From a virus (lineage: Duplodnaviria > Caudoviricetes), in the IMG/VR virus record IMGVR_UViG_2923098224_000002, positions 31,541 to 95,540 of that record: 64,000 bases of DNA. The stretch is one strand, 5' to 3'. Within the stretch, counting starts at the first letter, position 1. The number at the start of each line of letters is the position of its first letter. The notes beneath the pieces are model-generated. The model worked only from the letters and a program-made list of their open reading frames with translations, had not been told where the DNA came from and searched no databases. The position numbers and the translations under genes were made by a program. Below, in pieces: positions 1-7,831 of the stretch.

Positions 1-17
1 ACGACAAGGGGGACGGA

Positions 18-506
18 TTGATGGATAAAACGATTTTGGACGAAACGATTACGGAAATGTACGCACGAACTAAGGCCGGTAAGATGTCTCGGCAGGAGCG
101 AATTGAGGCAATAACGGCCCTGTCAGACGCTTACTTCGACTCTACCGGAGATCACCCGGAGCCCGCAGCGCTTGAGCGAATGGCTAATCTCGTACTCTAT
201 GAAGAGCTTTCCGATACTAACAAAAACAAGATGAAGGCAGAATACCCATTTATGAGTGAGCGAATGGAAAAGACTCGAAGATCCGGGGAAACGTCCGAAA
301 AGATGGCAGAAGAATATGACCGCTTTGGAAAAAATCAGAGCAAACCTGTTCGTAGGCACCTTTCTACTTACGAAGGTATTCAAGTCGATAAACGCGCTAA
401 ATCTCAAAATAAAGATCGCAGAAAACGTTATTCGGCATTCGTTAACGGAAGATCCGACGGACAATTCACCGTAAATATCGCAACTGGCGAAAAAGTTTAT
501 CACTAA
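18..506 (+). CDS. Hypothetical phage protein
   Basis: 162-aa ORF with AAGGGGG RBS upstream. Confidence 0.7.
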   Translation: MMDKTILDETITEMYARTKAGKMSRQERIEAITALSDAYFDSTGDHPEPAALERMANLVLYEELSDTNKNKMKAEYPFMSERMEKTRRSGETSEKMAEEYDRFGKNQSKPVRRHLSTYEGIQVDKRAKSQNKDRRKRYSAFVNGRSDGQFTVNIATGEKVYH

Positions 507-596
507 TACCCGCATTTTACCGCGTTAGTTGTCTATACGTTATGAGGGCGCCCGTTCAGCGCTCTTTTATTTTTGCGAAAAGGAGACGGTTTAATG

Positions 597-1394
597 AAGA
601 GATTACGAGTTATTAATACGGAGACAGGCGAAGACTGGTCGGAAATGTACACGCTGCGGCACCGCAACCAAGACGCAGCCTTTCGTCAGCAGCAAGAAAA
701 AACAGCCGATCGGCGCGATTTCTCAAACGCCAATATGTCTAATATTCACGAAGTCTATGACGCTCTTACGACGGCACAGTGTGGCTATCTGATGCTGCTT
801 CAGTGCTACGTCGACTACAACGGTGTTCTAATAAAATCCAGCCGTAATAAAACGCCGATGACCACCGCGGACATGATGGACGTTTTGCAGCTCAGTAAAA
901 AACGGATGACCTTTTACGACTTCCTTTCCGCCTGTACCGAGCACGACATCATCCGGGAAGAGAACGGCCGCTACAGTGTAAATGACCGCTACCACTTCAA
1001 AGGTAATTTCGGTAGTCAGCAAGTCGTTAAGCTATACAGCGCGAAGATCAAACGTGTGTACAGCGAAGTGAAGGCGACTGACATCGGTCTGATCTATCGT
1101 ATGCTGCCGTTCATTCATTACGAAACAAACGCTCTGTGCGCAAATCCTTTCGAAAAGAATCCGAAGCGCATACGTTGGTTTAACAAAAAAGAGCTTGCGG
1201 CGGCGATCGGTGTTACCTCGGATACGCTCGGCCGGCGCCTGAAGCAGATGAAATTCGACGGCGAATACGTTGTTGCGCGAATTAAAGTCGGAAGCGAGCC
1301 GGAGCGCTATACGTTTAATCCTAACGTATTCTATCGACAATCCAAGACGCCGGACAAAACGCTGATTGCGCTGTTTAACGTTAAGAAGGTATAA
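597..1394 (+). CDS. RepL-like replication/maintenance protein with C-terminal HTH
   Basis: RBS AAAGGAG before ATG 597; N-terminal INTETGE and C-terminal YTFNPNVFY motifs resemble Firmicute RepL-like proteins. Confidence 0.55.
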   Translation, partial: KRLRVINTETGEDWSEMYTLRHRNQDAAFRQQQEKTADRRDFSNANMSNIHEVYDALTTAQCGYLMLLQCYVDYNGVLIKSSRNKTPMTTADMMDVLQLSKKRMTFYDFLSACTEHDIIREENGRYSVNDRYHFKGNFGSQQVVKLYSAKIKRVYSEVKATDIGLIYRMLPFIHYETNALCANPFEKNPKRIRWFNKKELAAAIGVTSDTLGRRLKQMKFDGEYVVARIKVGSEPERYTFNPNVFYRQSKTPDKTLIALFNVKKV

Positions 1395-1395
1395 T
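1366..1395 (+). promoter_or_regulatory. Candidate sigma-A promoter for the peptide gene
   Basis: TTGCGC (1366-1371), 18 nt, TATAAT (1390-1395). Confidence 0.5.
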
Positions 1396-1419
1396 TTTAC
1401 TATACCGGAGGTGAGGCGA

Positions 1420-1503
1420 ATGGGAATGCCACGAGGAGCTAATCCGTTAGAGAGTGCGATTAGAGGCGCAGGTCCAGCGGAAAGCGCATCACGCGGAGCA
1501 TAA
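1420..1503 (+). CDS. 27-aa concatemer of three arbitrium-type peptides (MGMPRGANPLESAIRGAGPAESASRGA)
   Basis: Manual translation; strong RBS GGAGGTGA at 1407-1414; contains GMPRGA, SAIRGA, SASRGA; followed by terminator. Confidence 0.88.
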   Translation: MGMPRGANPLESAIRGAGPAESASRGA

Positions 1504-1508
1504 AACGA

Positions 1509-1538
1509 AAAAGGACGCCTTATGCGGGCGTCTTTTCT
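1509..1538. terminator. Bidirectional intrinsic terminator
   Basis: AAAAGGACGCC-ttatgcg-GGCGTCTTTT between convergent ORFs. Confidence 0.8.
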
Positions 1539-1681
1539 TCGTCATCTTCCGTTTGTAATTCAAGAACTTCGATCTGCGATTTTAAGATAGCTATGTCTCG
1601 GCTGTTTAGGTTCGTAGGTAATTCAAAGCGCGCAATCTGCCCGTTTGTAAGCGCAATGCGAGCGTATTGTTTTTCGTCCAT
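1520..1681 (-). CDS. Small hypothetical protein (53 aa, MDEKQYARIALTNGQ...)
   Basis: Manual translation; AAGGAG RBS; below ORF-track cutoff. Confidence 0.6.
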   Translation of the reverse strand: MDEKQYARIALTNGQIARFELPTNLNSRDIAILKSQIEVLELQTEDDEEKTPA

Positions 1682-1720
1682 TCGTATAGCTCCTTCGGTG
1701 TTTATGTCTTAAATATATCA

Positions 1721-2533
1721 TCAGCTCTTCCACGAATCAAACGAAGGTATCCGCAGCAGTCCTTTGCGCGTCTTAAATCGATGCTTCACACGGCATTTTA
1801 TCGGCTCTATATTCACGTATTTATCCGTTTCTCCTACGTCTTTCCGCTCCGAATGAAATCTCCGCCGTTCAGCGTGCGGCATAAACTCCATCAGGCCCGC
1901 ATAAGCACCGTCCTCATACGCTAAAACAAGCGCATTATCCTCTTTCCGATAGCCCGTAATCCAAACGTCAGTATATTCGTAATTAACGATCTTCAGCCAA
2001 CGATCTGACCGCTTATTTTCCGCGTAGGACGAGTTAGCGCGCTTCATAACGACTCCTTCAATGCCGGAGCTTTTCGCTAATTCGAAAACAGCGCGGCCAT
2101 TACCTGTAACGCTATCGACAATCTTAACGTTTGGATGATCGAGGGCAAGGCCGCTTAATAATTCCTTCCGCTCATATAACGGTTTCGACGTAACCGATAC
2201 GCCGTCGAGACGCAATATATCAAACACGCAGAATACTATCGGATGATAGCTTTTTTGCGATTGAAACCGCTCCATCATAGCTTCGAAGTCTCCGGCGCCT
2301 GTCGGTCCGGGCACGATAAGCTCGCCATCCAAAATGGTACCGTCCGGAATTTGTATCGTGTGGAGTTCGGGGAATTTAGCGGTGACTTCGTTGTTGTGGC
2401 GCGTGTAGAGGCGCATGCGGCCGCCATCTTTGGACGCGAGCAGGCGGATACCGTCGAATTTGATTTCCGTAATGTAATCGTCAGAGTCGAACGGGTCTTT
2501 TGCGGACTCTAATAGCATTGGCGAAATAAACAA
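1721..2533 (-). CDS. ATP-dependent DNA ligase (SPbeta LigB-like)
   Basis: Motif I EIKFDGIR, LDGELI, FDIL, EGVVMK, WLKI. Confidence 0.92.
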   Translation of the reverse strand: MFISPMLLESAKDPFDSDDYITEIKFDGIRLLASKDGGRMRLYTRHNNEVTAKFPELHTIQIPDGTILDGELIVPGPTGAGDFEAMMERFQSQKSYHPIVFCVFDILRLDGVSVTSKPLYERKELLSGLALDHPNVKIVDSVTGNGRAVFELAKSSGIEGVVMKRANSSYAENKRSDRWLKIVNYEYTDVWITGYRKEDNALVLAYEDGAYAGLMEFMPHAERRRFHSERKDVGETDKYVNIEPIKCRVKHRFKTRKGLLRIPSFDSWKS

Positions 2534-2624
2534 AAAATCACCTCGTTTCAGCTTCGTAATACTATAATGATATAGTAAGAGTCGGCTAGAACGAAGTGAT
2601 TAGGTACTGGTAATTTATGGTTAA

Positions 2625-3020
2625 TTAATTCTCTTTAAATATTCCGGAAGCTTTAAATCTATTTAATAATCTATTCATTTCTTGTAGGGTGAAATCGTGG
2701 CTGTTAATAAGATTGACAACATCCTCGTCAGTCAATTCTCTTCTCTCAATAACCTTACGTCTTTCGATAACCTCACCAGTCGCAGTTACACTTTTTTCTT
2801 CTTCTTCCACGGAAATGTTCCATCCGTGAAGATTGATTCCTAGAAAACGGTGTCTCGAATCTCCAATAGGTTTATATGTGATAATTGCTCCTGGATTTCT
2901 TCCGCCGTCTTGCTCATACGCCGTTTTGTTAACCGATTGCTCTCTTTCTCGTAATTGAATGATTTCTTGCAATAAGTCCAAACGATACACCTCTTTTATA
3001 TATTCTTTTTCATTCCGCAT
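2625..3020 (-). CDS. Hypothetical protein
   Basis: 131-aa ORF in minus-strand operon. Confidence 0.55.
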   Translation of the reverse strand: MRNEKEYIKEVYRLDLLQEIIQLREREQSVNKTAYEQDGGRNPGAIITYKPIGDSRHRFLGINLHGWNISVEEEEKSVTATGEVIERRKVIERRELTDEDVVNLINSHDFTLQEMNRLLNRFKASGIFKEN

Positions 3021-3175
3021 CTTCTACATTCGCGCAAAAACTTTCCGCTCTTCACCGAGCTTTTGAACAGCGTATAGTCACAGTTGTCGCATCGTCCTGC
3101 GCGCTTGTCCGGAAATTCCTTGTATTCGTAAGTGATCGACGTATCAATGCCGTTAGTCTCGTATTTTTCCTCCAT
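2996..3175 (-). CDS. Small zinc-ribbon protein (59 aa)
   Basis: Manual translation; GGAGG RBS; CDNC...CRRC. Confidence 0.6.
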   Translation of the reverse strand: MEEKYETNGIDTSITYEYKEFPDKRAGRCDNCDYTLFKSSVKSGKFLRECRRCGMKKNI

Positions 3176-3305
3176 TTTCGCTGTACCTCCGTGTCCTACA
3201 TCGTTGTATAGAACGATTATACCACGAAATTACAACGAGAGAGCCGCTTCAGACGCGTTCAGGTACGATAGGTATCCGAAAGCTTGAAACGGCTCAGTTC
3301 GTTCA

Positions 3306-3743
3306 TTATTTAACGTTGAATTTCGCTGACTCAAACGTACCGACGTATTTGCGCTTTCCTGAATCCGAATAGCAGTCGATCTGAATAACGTAGGTGCCTT
3401 TGCCGGTCTTGCTGCGGATCGATTTCGCACTAAACGACTTCAGCGGCGTTGATGTCTTGAAGCTTCCGCGTTGTAACAAGCCGGTTTCAGTCATCCCGCC
3501 GCCGCTGCGCTTTTTATAAACGCCGGCCGTGTAGTACAGCGTTGAGCCGCCTTTCTTCTCGGCTTTCCAGTCGACCGTGCTTGCGCTACTGCTGTACGTG
3601 GTTGCGTCCGTATATACCCGCGCCTTGTGTCCGAACTTCTCCGTCTGCCAGCCCGACCATGCCGCGTCAGCTTGCGGAGCCAGCGCAATAGTGCCGGTAA
3701 ATAGGGTGGCGGTGATTACGAGCGATTTGACTAAACGTTTCAT
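3306..3743 (-). CDS. Secreted basic protein of unknown function
   Basis: AGGAGG RBS before ATG 3743; signal peptide MKRLVKSLVITATLFTGTIALAPQADA. Confidence 0.75.
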   Translation of the reverse strand: MKRLVKSLVITATLFTGTIALAPQADAAWSGWQTEKFGHKARVYTDATTYSSSASTVDWKAEKKGGSTLYYTAGVYKKRSGGGMTETGLLQRGSFKTSTPLKSFSAKSIRSKTGKGTYVIQIDCYSDSGKRKYVGTFESAKFNVK

Positions 3744-3756
3744 ACGATTTCCTCCT

Positions 3757-4494
3757 TTAGAAGCCGACAACTTCATCGTCAATAGTCGATTTTGTATAAT
3801 CGATGGTATTTCCGTCGCGATGACCGCTACTATACGCAAACATTTCCTCAATATCCGGGACTTGTATTGCGCGTGCAGTTCCGAACGACTTCGAAAGCTC
3901 TTTGTAGGCGTCGCTTACTTCCTTCGGTTTAATAACCATCAAACCGTATTCTTCTTTCATCTGACGCAACTGCTCGGCGAATTTTTCTTTAAGCCCGTCA
4001 AGGAATCCCTTCATGTAAGAGTTTTTTAGGTCATTGGTCTTTTTTACGGTTCTGGTGGCGTATTCTTCGTCATAGTAGGAATTTATGAAACGCTTTGAGT
4101 AGAACTGAATCGCATCATAGGCGAGTACAAACATTTCTTTCGCAAGCTGCACATCGTTGTCATAACCGAAGAAGATTACAGTTTTCTTCCTTCTTTGCTC
4201 ACCGTCAAAACGTTTATTATTGTAATAAAATTCAACTTTGAAGTTATCCGCGATAATTCGTGCTAACGAACGTTCCCACCAGAAAAGCCGCTTATAAGCC
4301 GTTGCCTGACCTTTTACGATCTCTTGTTCAGCACATCTTTCCGTTATCTCACCGGAAGAAATATCGTGCTTAATCATGAGTTTCTGCGCCAATAGGAACG
4401 CGCTTTGCGATTCCTCATCGCTTTTATTGTCGTTTGCAATTGCCAATAGGCCGCGAATTTTCTTTATGATCGACTCGTTGCGCGTAGAAGTCAT
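3757..4494 (-). CDS. DUF2786-domain protein
   Basis: N-terminal KIRGLLAIA...EESQSAFLLAQKLMIKH and C-terminal SYMKGF...GHRDG pattern. Confidence 0.75.
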   Translation of the reverse strand: MTSTRNESIIKKIRGLLAIANDNKSDEESQSAFLLAQKLMIKHDISSGEITERCAEQEIVKGQATAYKRLFWWERSLARIIADNFKVEFYYNNKRFDGEQRRKKTVIFFGYDNDVQLAKEMFVLAYDAIQFYSKRFINSYYDEEYATRTVKKTNDLKNSYMKGFLDGLKEKFAEQLRQMKEEYGLMVIKPKEVSDAYKELSKSFGTARAIQVPDIEEMFAYSSGHRDGNTIDYTKSTIDDEVVGF

Positions 4495-4599
4495 ACGATT
4501 TCCTCCTCAACTTCCAGCCGCGTACCACACGTAGGGCAGCACGCGTCCGGCTTGATTTCGATATCTAACTTAGCGTAATTGCAATCGTGGCAAGTGTAT

Positions 4600-4800
4600 T
4601 CAATCATCGTTATGGATCTCCGTTTCCTTTTCGATTAAGTACCCGAAGTAGGTAAGCGCCGTATTAAAACCGATCTGATACGCGCGCCCGCTGTCCTGAA
4701 ATAGCGTCATCGGTCGTTGGTATAGGTCGAGGATCTGCGCTTTTTGTTGCGCCGTTAATGGCGGCGTATCCGACCACAGGCGTCTTATATCAAGCGTCAT
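4600..4800 (-). CDS. Hypothetical protein
   Basis: Likely start MTLDIRR overlapping the upstream stop. Confidence 0.5.
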   Translation of the reverse strand: MTLDIRRLWSDTPPLTAQQKAQILDLYQRPMTLFQDSGRAYQIGFNTALTYFGYLIEKETEIHNDD

Positions 4801-4963
4801 TTTCCACACCGCCTTTCCGCCGTAAGAGCAGAAGGACAAAAAACACGATCGCCGATCCGATTCCGATATAATCGAGCGCGGAAAGCTTGGCGAAATTCAT
4901 GCTCGCGATCCATGAGACAAGGACGACAATTAGCAAAATTTCCGTGGTATTAATCCGTTTCAT
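4790..4963 (-). CDS. Small two-TM membrane protein (57 aa)
   Basis: Manual translation MKRINTTEILLIVVLVSWIASMNFAKLSALDYIGIG... Confidence 0.55.
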   Translation of the reverse strand: MKRINTTEILLIVVLVSWIASMNFAKLSALDYIGIGSAIVFFVLLLLRRKGGVENDA

Positions 4964-5005
4964 ACGTGGTATAATTGATTGACAGGGGCTTTCGCCCCCG
5001 TTGGA

Positions 5006-5152
5006 TTATGTGCGGCGACGGTGTTTCTTGGTCGGAATCCGTCGCTCTTTTGCTTTCGCCTCTTTGCGCATCTTGCGAAGTTCTAGCGATAGTTTGAAAA
5101 TCGCTAACCAAGTGCCTAGGAGCGCTGAAAGCTTTACGATGATGTCAATCAA
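5006..5152 (-). CDS. Small TM peptide with basic tail (type I toxin/holin-like, 48 aa)
   Basis: AAAGGAGGTGA RBS, TTG start; MIDIIVKLSALLGTWLAIFKLSLELRK...KKHRRRT; promoter TTGACG-17-TATAAT at 5210-5182. Confidence 0.65.
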   Translation of the reverse strand: MIDIIVKLSALLGTWLAIFKLSLELRKMRKEAKAKERRIPTKKHRRRT

Positions 5153-5267
5153 TTTACCGTTCACCTCCTTTCGTTACTTTAATTATATCGCATAAACGTT
5201 ATAACGTCAATACGTTATTGATAAAAATATCGTTTTTACGTTATAATAAGCGTAGGAGGTGGCGGAA

Positions 5268-5498
5268 ATGATCGCAAAGATAAAGGTAGGCGAGGCGTTA
5301 AAGCGCTCGGGCAAGACGCAGGGAGAACTCGCTGAACTAACCGGAATCCGTCCGAATACAATAAGTGAATTAGTCCGCGGACATAGAGAACGTATCCAGC
5401 TCGACCATCTCAGCCGGATTGCGGCGGCGTTGAATATAAAAGACATACGTGAACTGATCGATCTTGTAGACGAAGAAAACGGAGGCGCTGACGAATAG
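5268..5498 (+). CDS. Xre/Cro-family HTH regulator
   Basis: TQGELAELTGIRPNTISEL; divergent from the toxin-like gene; CGTTAT repeats in the intergenic region. Confidence 0.85.
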   Translation: MIAKIKVGEALKRSGKTQGELAELTGIRPNTISELVRGHRERIQLDHLSRIAAALNIKDIRELIDLVDEENGGADE

Positions 5499-5564
5499 TT
5501 GGCGTCTTTTTTCGTGGGTTCGTTTAGTCTGCGATTCTCAATTACGATAATCTAAATGATAATG

Positions 5565-5615
5565 AACACGACTTTATTCGTACAAATCGGGCAAAAACAC
5601 GACTTTATTCGTACA
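5565..5615 (+). repeat. Direct repeat AACACGACTTTATTCGTACA x2
   Basis: Exact 20-mers at 5565-5584 and 5596-5615 (31-bp period). Confidence 0.85.
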
Positions 5616-6710
5616 CCCGAAAAGTGGGTTCACGCTTAGAGCCGCAAGGGATACAGCCGTTTTAGTCCGCCAATCACTTCTTAGTCTTGTGAGTCACAAG
5701 CCTCCGGAACTACGGCTCCGCCTTCGTCCGGGGTTAACGCAATCAATATATCTATTAATATCTGCGCGTATGTAGGGAACGAAGTGACCGGAGTTAGCGC
5801 TATGTTTAAATACAAGCGGAAGACACTCGTTAATATAGCGTTAATCTAACGAAATAAATAACGGAAGGGCAACGATAATACCGTATAATTTACCTCGATA
5901 TGCTGTCTTACGTAATAGAAGGACGTAACATACCGTATAACCTAGCGATAGGCAGGCGGGATATAGCCGGCACACATACGCTATATGTAACACCGTATAG
6001 GCATACGTATAGTTATATAGGAAGGAAGGCGGCGGAGAGGCGTCCGGTTGCGATGCGCGATGAGGCGGACAGCAACGAGCCACTGCCGGAGGATGAGCCC
6101 TTCCGAAACTCACGGGGTCAAACCGAATGACCAACGCAATATGCACGATCCTATACATAGCATACGGCACAGGGCATGCGGCAGGGTGCAGGCGTGGCGC
6201 GGGTTCTCGAATGCATAAACAATGTACGTTTAATTGCGATGAGTAAACGATGACGAACGTTATCATATCAACGTTTGTCTATTGATTCGAATGTAACTCA
6301 ATTTACTTCTGTTAAATTCGTTATTCATAAATATGTATTTAATATACGATGACCCAAACGAAGAATCGCGGAAACGCCGGGCCCCCAACCGCCCCCAAAA
6401 ATACCGGTGCAACTGCTGTCCGGAACTTGCGCACAATTTTTCGAACTCGGGGCGTCAACTAAACGGAGGTGCTACCGCTGGAAAATTTCGAAATCATATG
6501 TAAGTGTTGCGGATCAAAGAACGTTGTAGCTTTCGGAAACTTCGACATGGCTGCGCACTTTTATTGCGAGGATTGCAACGCAGACGAAATAGAATACAAT
6601 TATTCCACGAAATAAGCACGCCACAGCCGTTTTAATCCGGCCGGAGAGTATTCGATAGGGTAGTGGTCAGAAACGCTACTTTCGTGCGATTTCGAAGGGA
6701 GGACGAAAGG

Positions 6711-6992
6711 GTGGCGAAATATCGTAAAAAGCCGGTTGAAATAGAAGCGGTAAAATTCGAGGATACGACGGAATCTATATCGGCTATAGCGGAGTTATCC
6801 CACGATAGGTTAATTCGGGTAGACTATCGACAAAAGCCGGTCGTAATGTATATACCGACGTTAGAAGGCGTAATGGTTGCGCAAGTTGGCGATTACATTA
6901 TTCGCGGCATTGCGGGCGAACTTTACCCGTGCAAGCCGGACATTTTCGAAAAGACTTACGAAAGGGTGAACGAATCGAATGGCGGAATTTAA
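6711..6992 (+). CDS. Conserved phage protein (KYRKKPVEIEA...GDYII...YPCKPDIFEKTYE)
   Basis: GGAGG RBS before GTG 6711; widespread phage motif. Confidence 0.75.
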   Translation: MAKYRKKPVEIEAVKFEDTTESISAIAELSHDRLIRVDYRQKPVVMYIPTLEGVMVAQVGDYIIRGIAGELYPCKPDIFEKTYERVNESNGGI

Positions 6993-7140
6993 TACGTTAA
7001 AAGAAATCGTCGAGCAGCTTAAAGATTGTGGATATGAATGCGAGGCAGGACCGTTAGTCAATAACGTAGCTTTTCAAAAGCTTGCGGAATTAGCGGGTGT
7101 TGCGGCTGAGTCGGGAGAGGAAATTTACTACGTCCGTTAA
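6979..7140 (+). CDS. Small hypothetical protein (53 aa)
   Basis: Manual translation MAEFNTLKEIVEQLKDCGYECEAGPL... Confidence 0.5.
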   Translation: MAEFNTLKEIVEQLKDCGYECEAGPLVNNVAFQKLAELAGVAAESGEEIYYVR

Positions 7141-7157
7141 TATACGGGCAAATCACG

Positions 7158-7290
7158 GATGCGGTGGCGGAATAGGTAGACGCAATTCGCGGATGCAGCG
7201 AGAGAGTGAAAGACTCCTAACTTTGCTGGTATAGAAGCACACACGGCCCGGGATAACCAGTATGCGAGGTGCAAATCCTCGCCCGCATAA
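7158..7290 (+). ncRNA. tRNA-like RNA with expanded central domain
   Basis: Acceptor-like ATGCGG/CCGCAT, D-arm TGGCGGAATAGGTAGACGC, T-arm GCGAGG-TGCAAAT-CCTCGC; ~80 nt in place of the anticodon/variable arms; no CCA. Confidence 0.6.
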
Positions 7291-7573
7291 TAAACGAATA
7301 GCCAAGGCGGCGTGTCAAGTTATCGCAACTTGCTAAAAGCCAACATACGCAATCAGAACGAGGCTTCCGCACCCTACGGCGGAGGTCTTTTTGTGCTTGC
7401 GTACTCCGGCGGAAAACGGAGCTGCAAACACTGGCTCACCGTATAGGATCGCAACCTGTACGTAGATCTACCGTTTTTACTGTACGTTCCGCAAACAGGA
7501 CGAGGCTGCCAACGATTTTGGCGGTCTTTTCGTGCTTGCGTAAAGCAGGCGAATAAGAAACGAAAAGGAGACG

Positions 7574-7831
7574 ATGAAGATGACGAAGACAGAGGAATTG
7601 TTCGCATATCTAGATCGCCTGATTGCGCTGCAGTCTGCCGGACATGCGGTGCGCAAAGAGATTGCGGAGGTTATATCTGCGATTAGGCGAGAGAACAGGT
7701 CCATATTAAACAGCGAAGAAACGACGGAGGTTATCGAAGTGTCACCAACAGAAGTGGCAACTATCGACGTTGATATGACGAGACACGTATACCCAGGCCC
7801 TGTGAAAATTTATGTCGAGACTGCCGAATAG
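7574..7831 (+). CDS. Hypothetical protein
   Basis: AAAGGAG RBS; 85 aa. Confidence 0.65.
   Translation: MKMTKTEELFAYLDRLIALQSAGHAVRKEIAEVISAIRRENRSILNSEETTEVIEVSPTEVATIDVDMTRHVYPGPVKIYVETAE

Noticed and set aside
1420-1503. Chance ORF or ordinary aimP
   Set aside because: Two exact known peptides plus a third RGA unit in register with an RBS and terminator is unlikely by chance; the lack of signal peptide and aimR argues against canonical aimP
5565-5615. CRISPR mini-array
   Set aside because: Only two repeats with an 11-nt spacer and no cas genes
5841-6266. ORFs 5841..6266(-) and 5900..6130(+)
   Set aside because: No RBS and atypical composition; treated as non-coding
7158-7290. tmRNA or intron-containing tRNA
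   Set aside because: Too short, has a D-stem, no tag ORF, and no group I core
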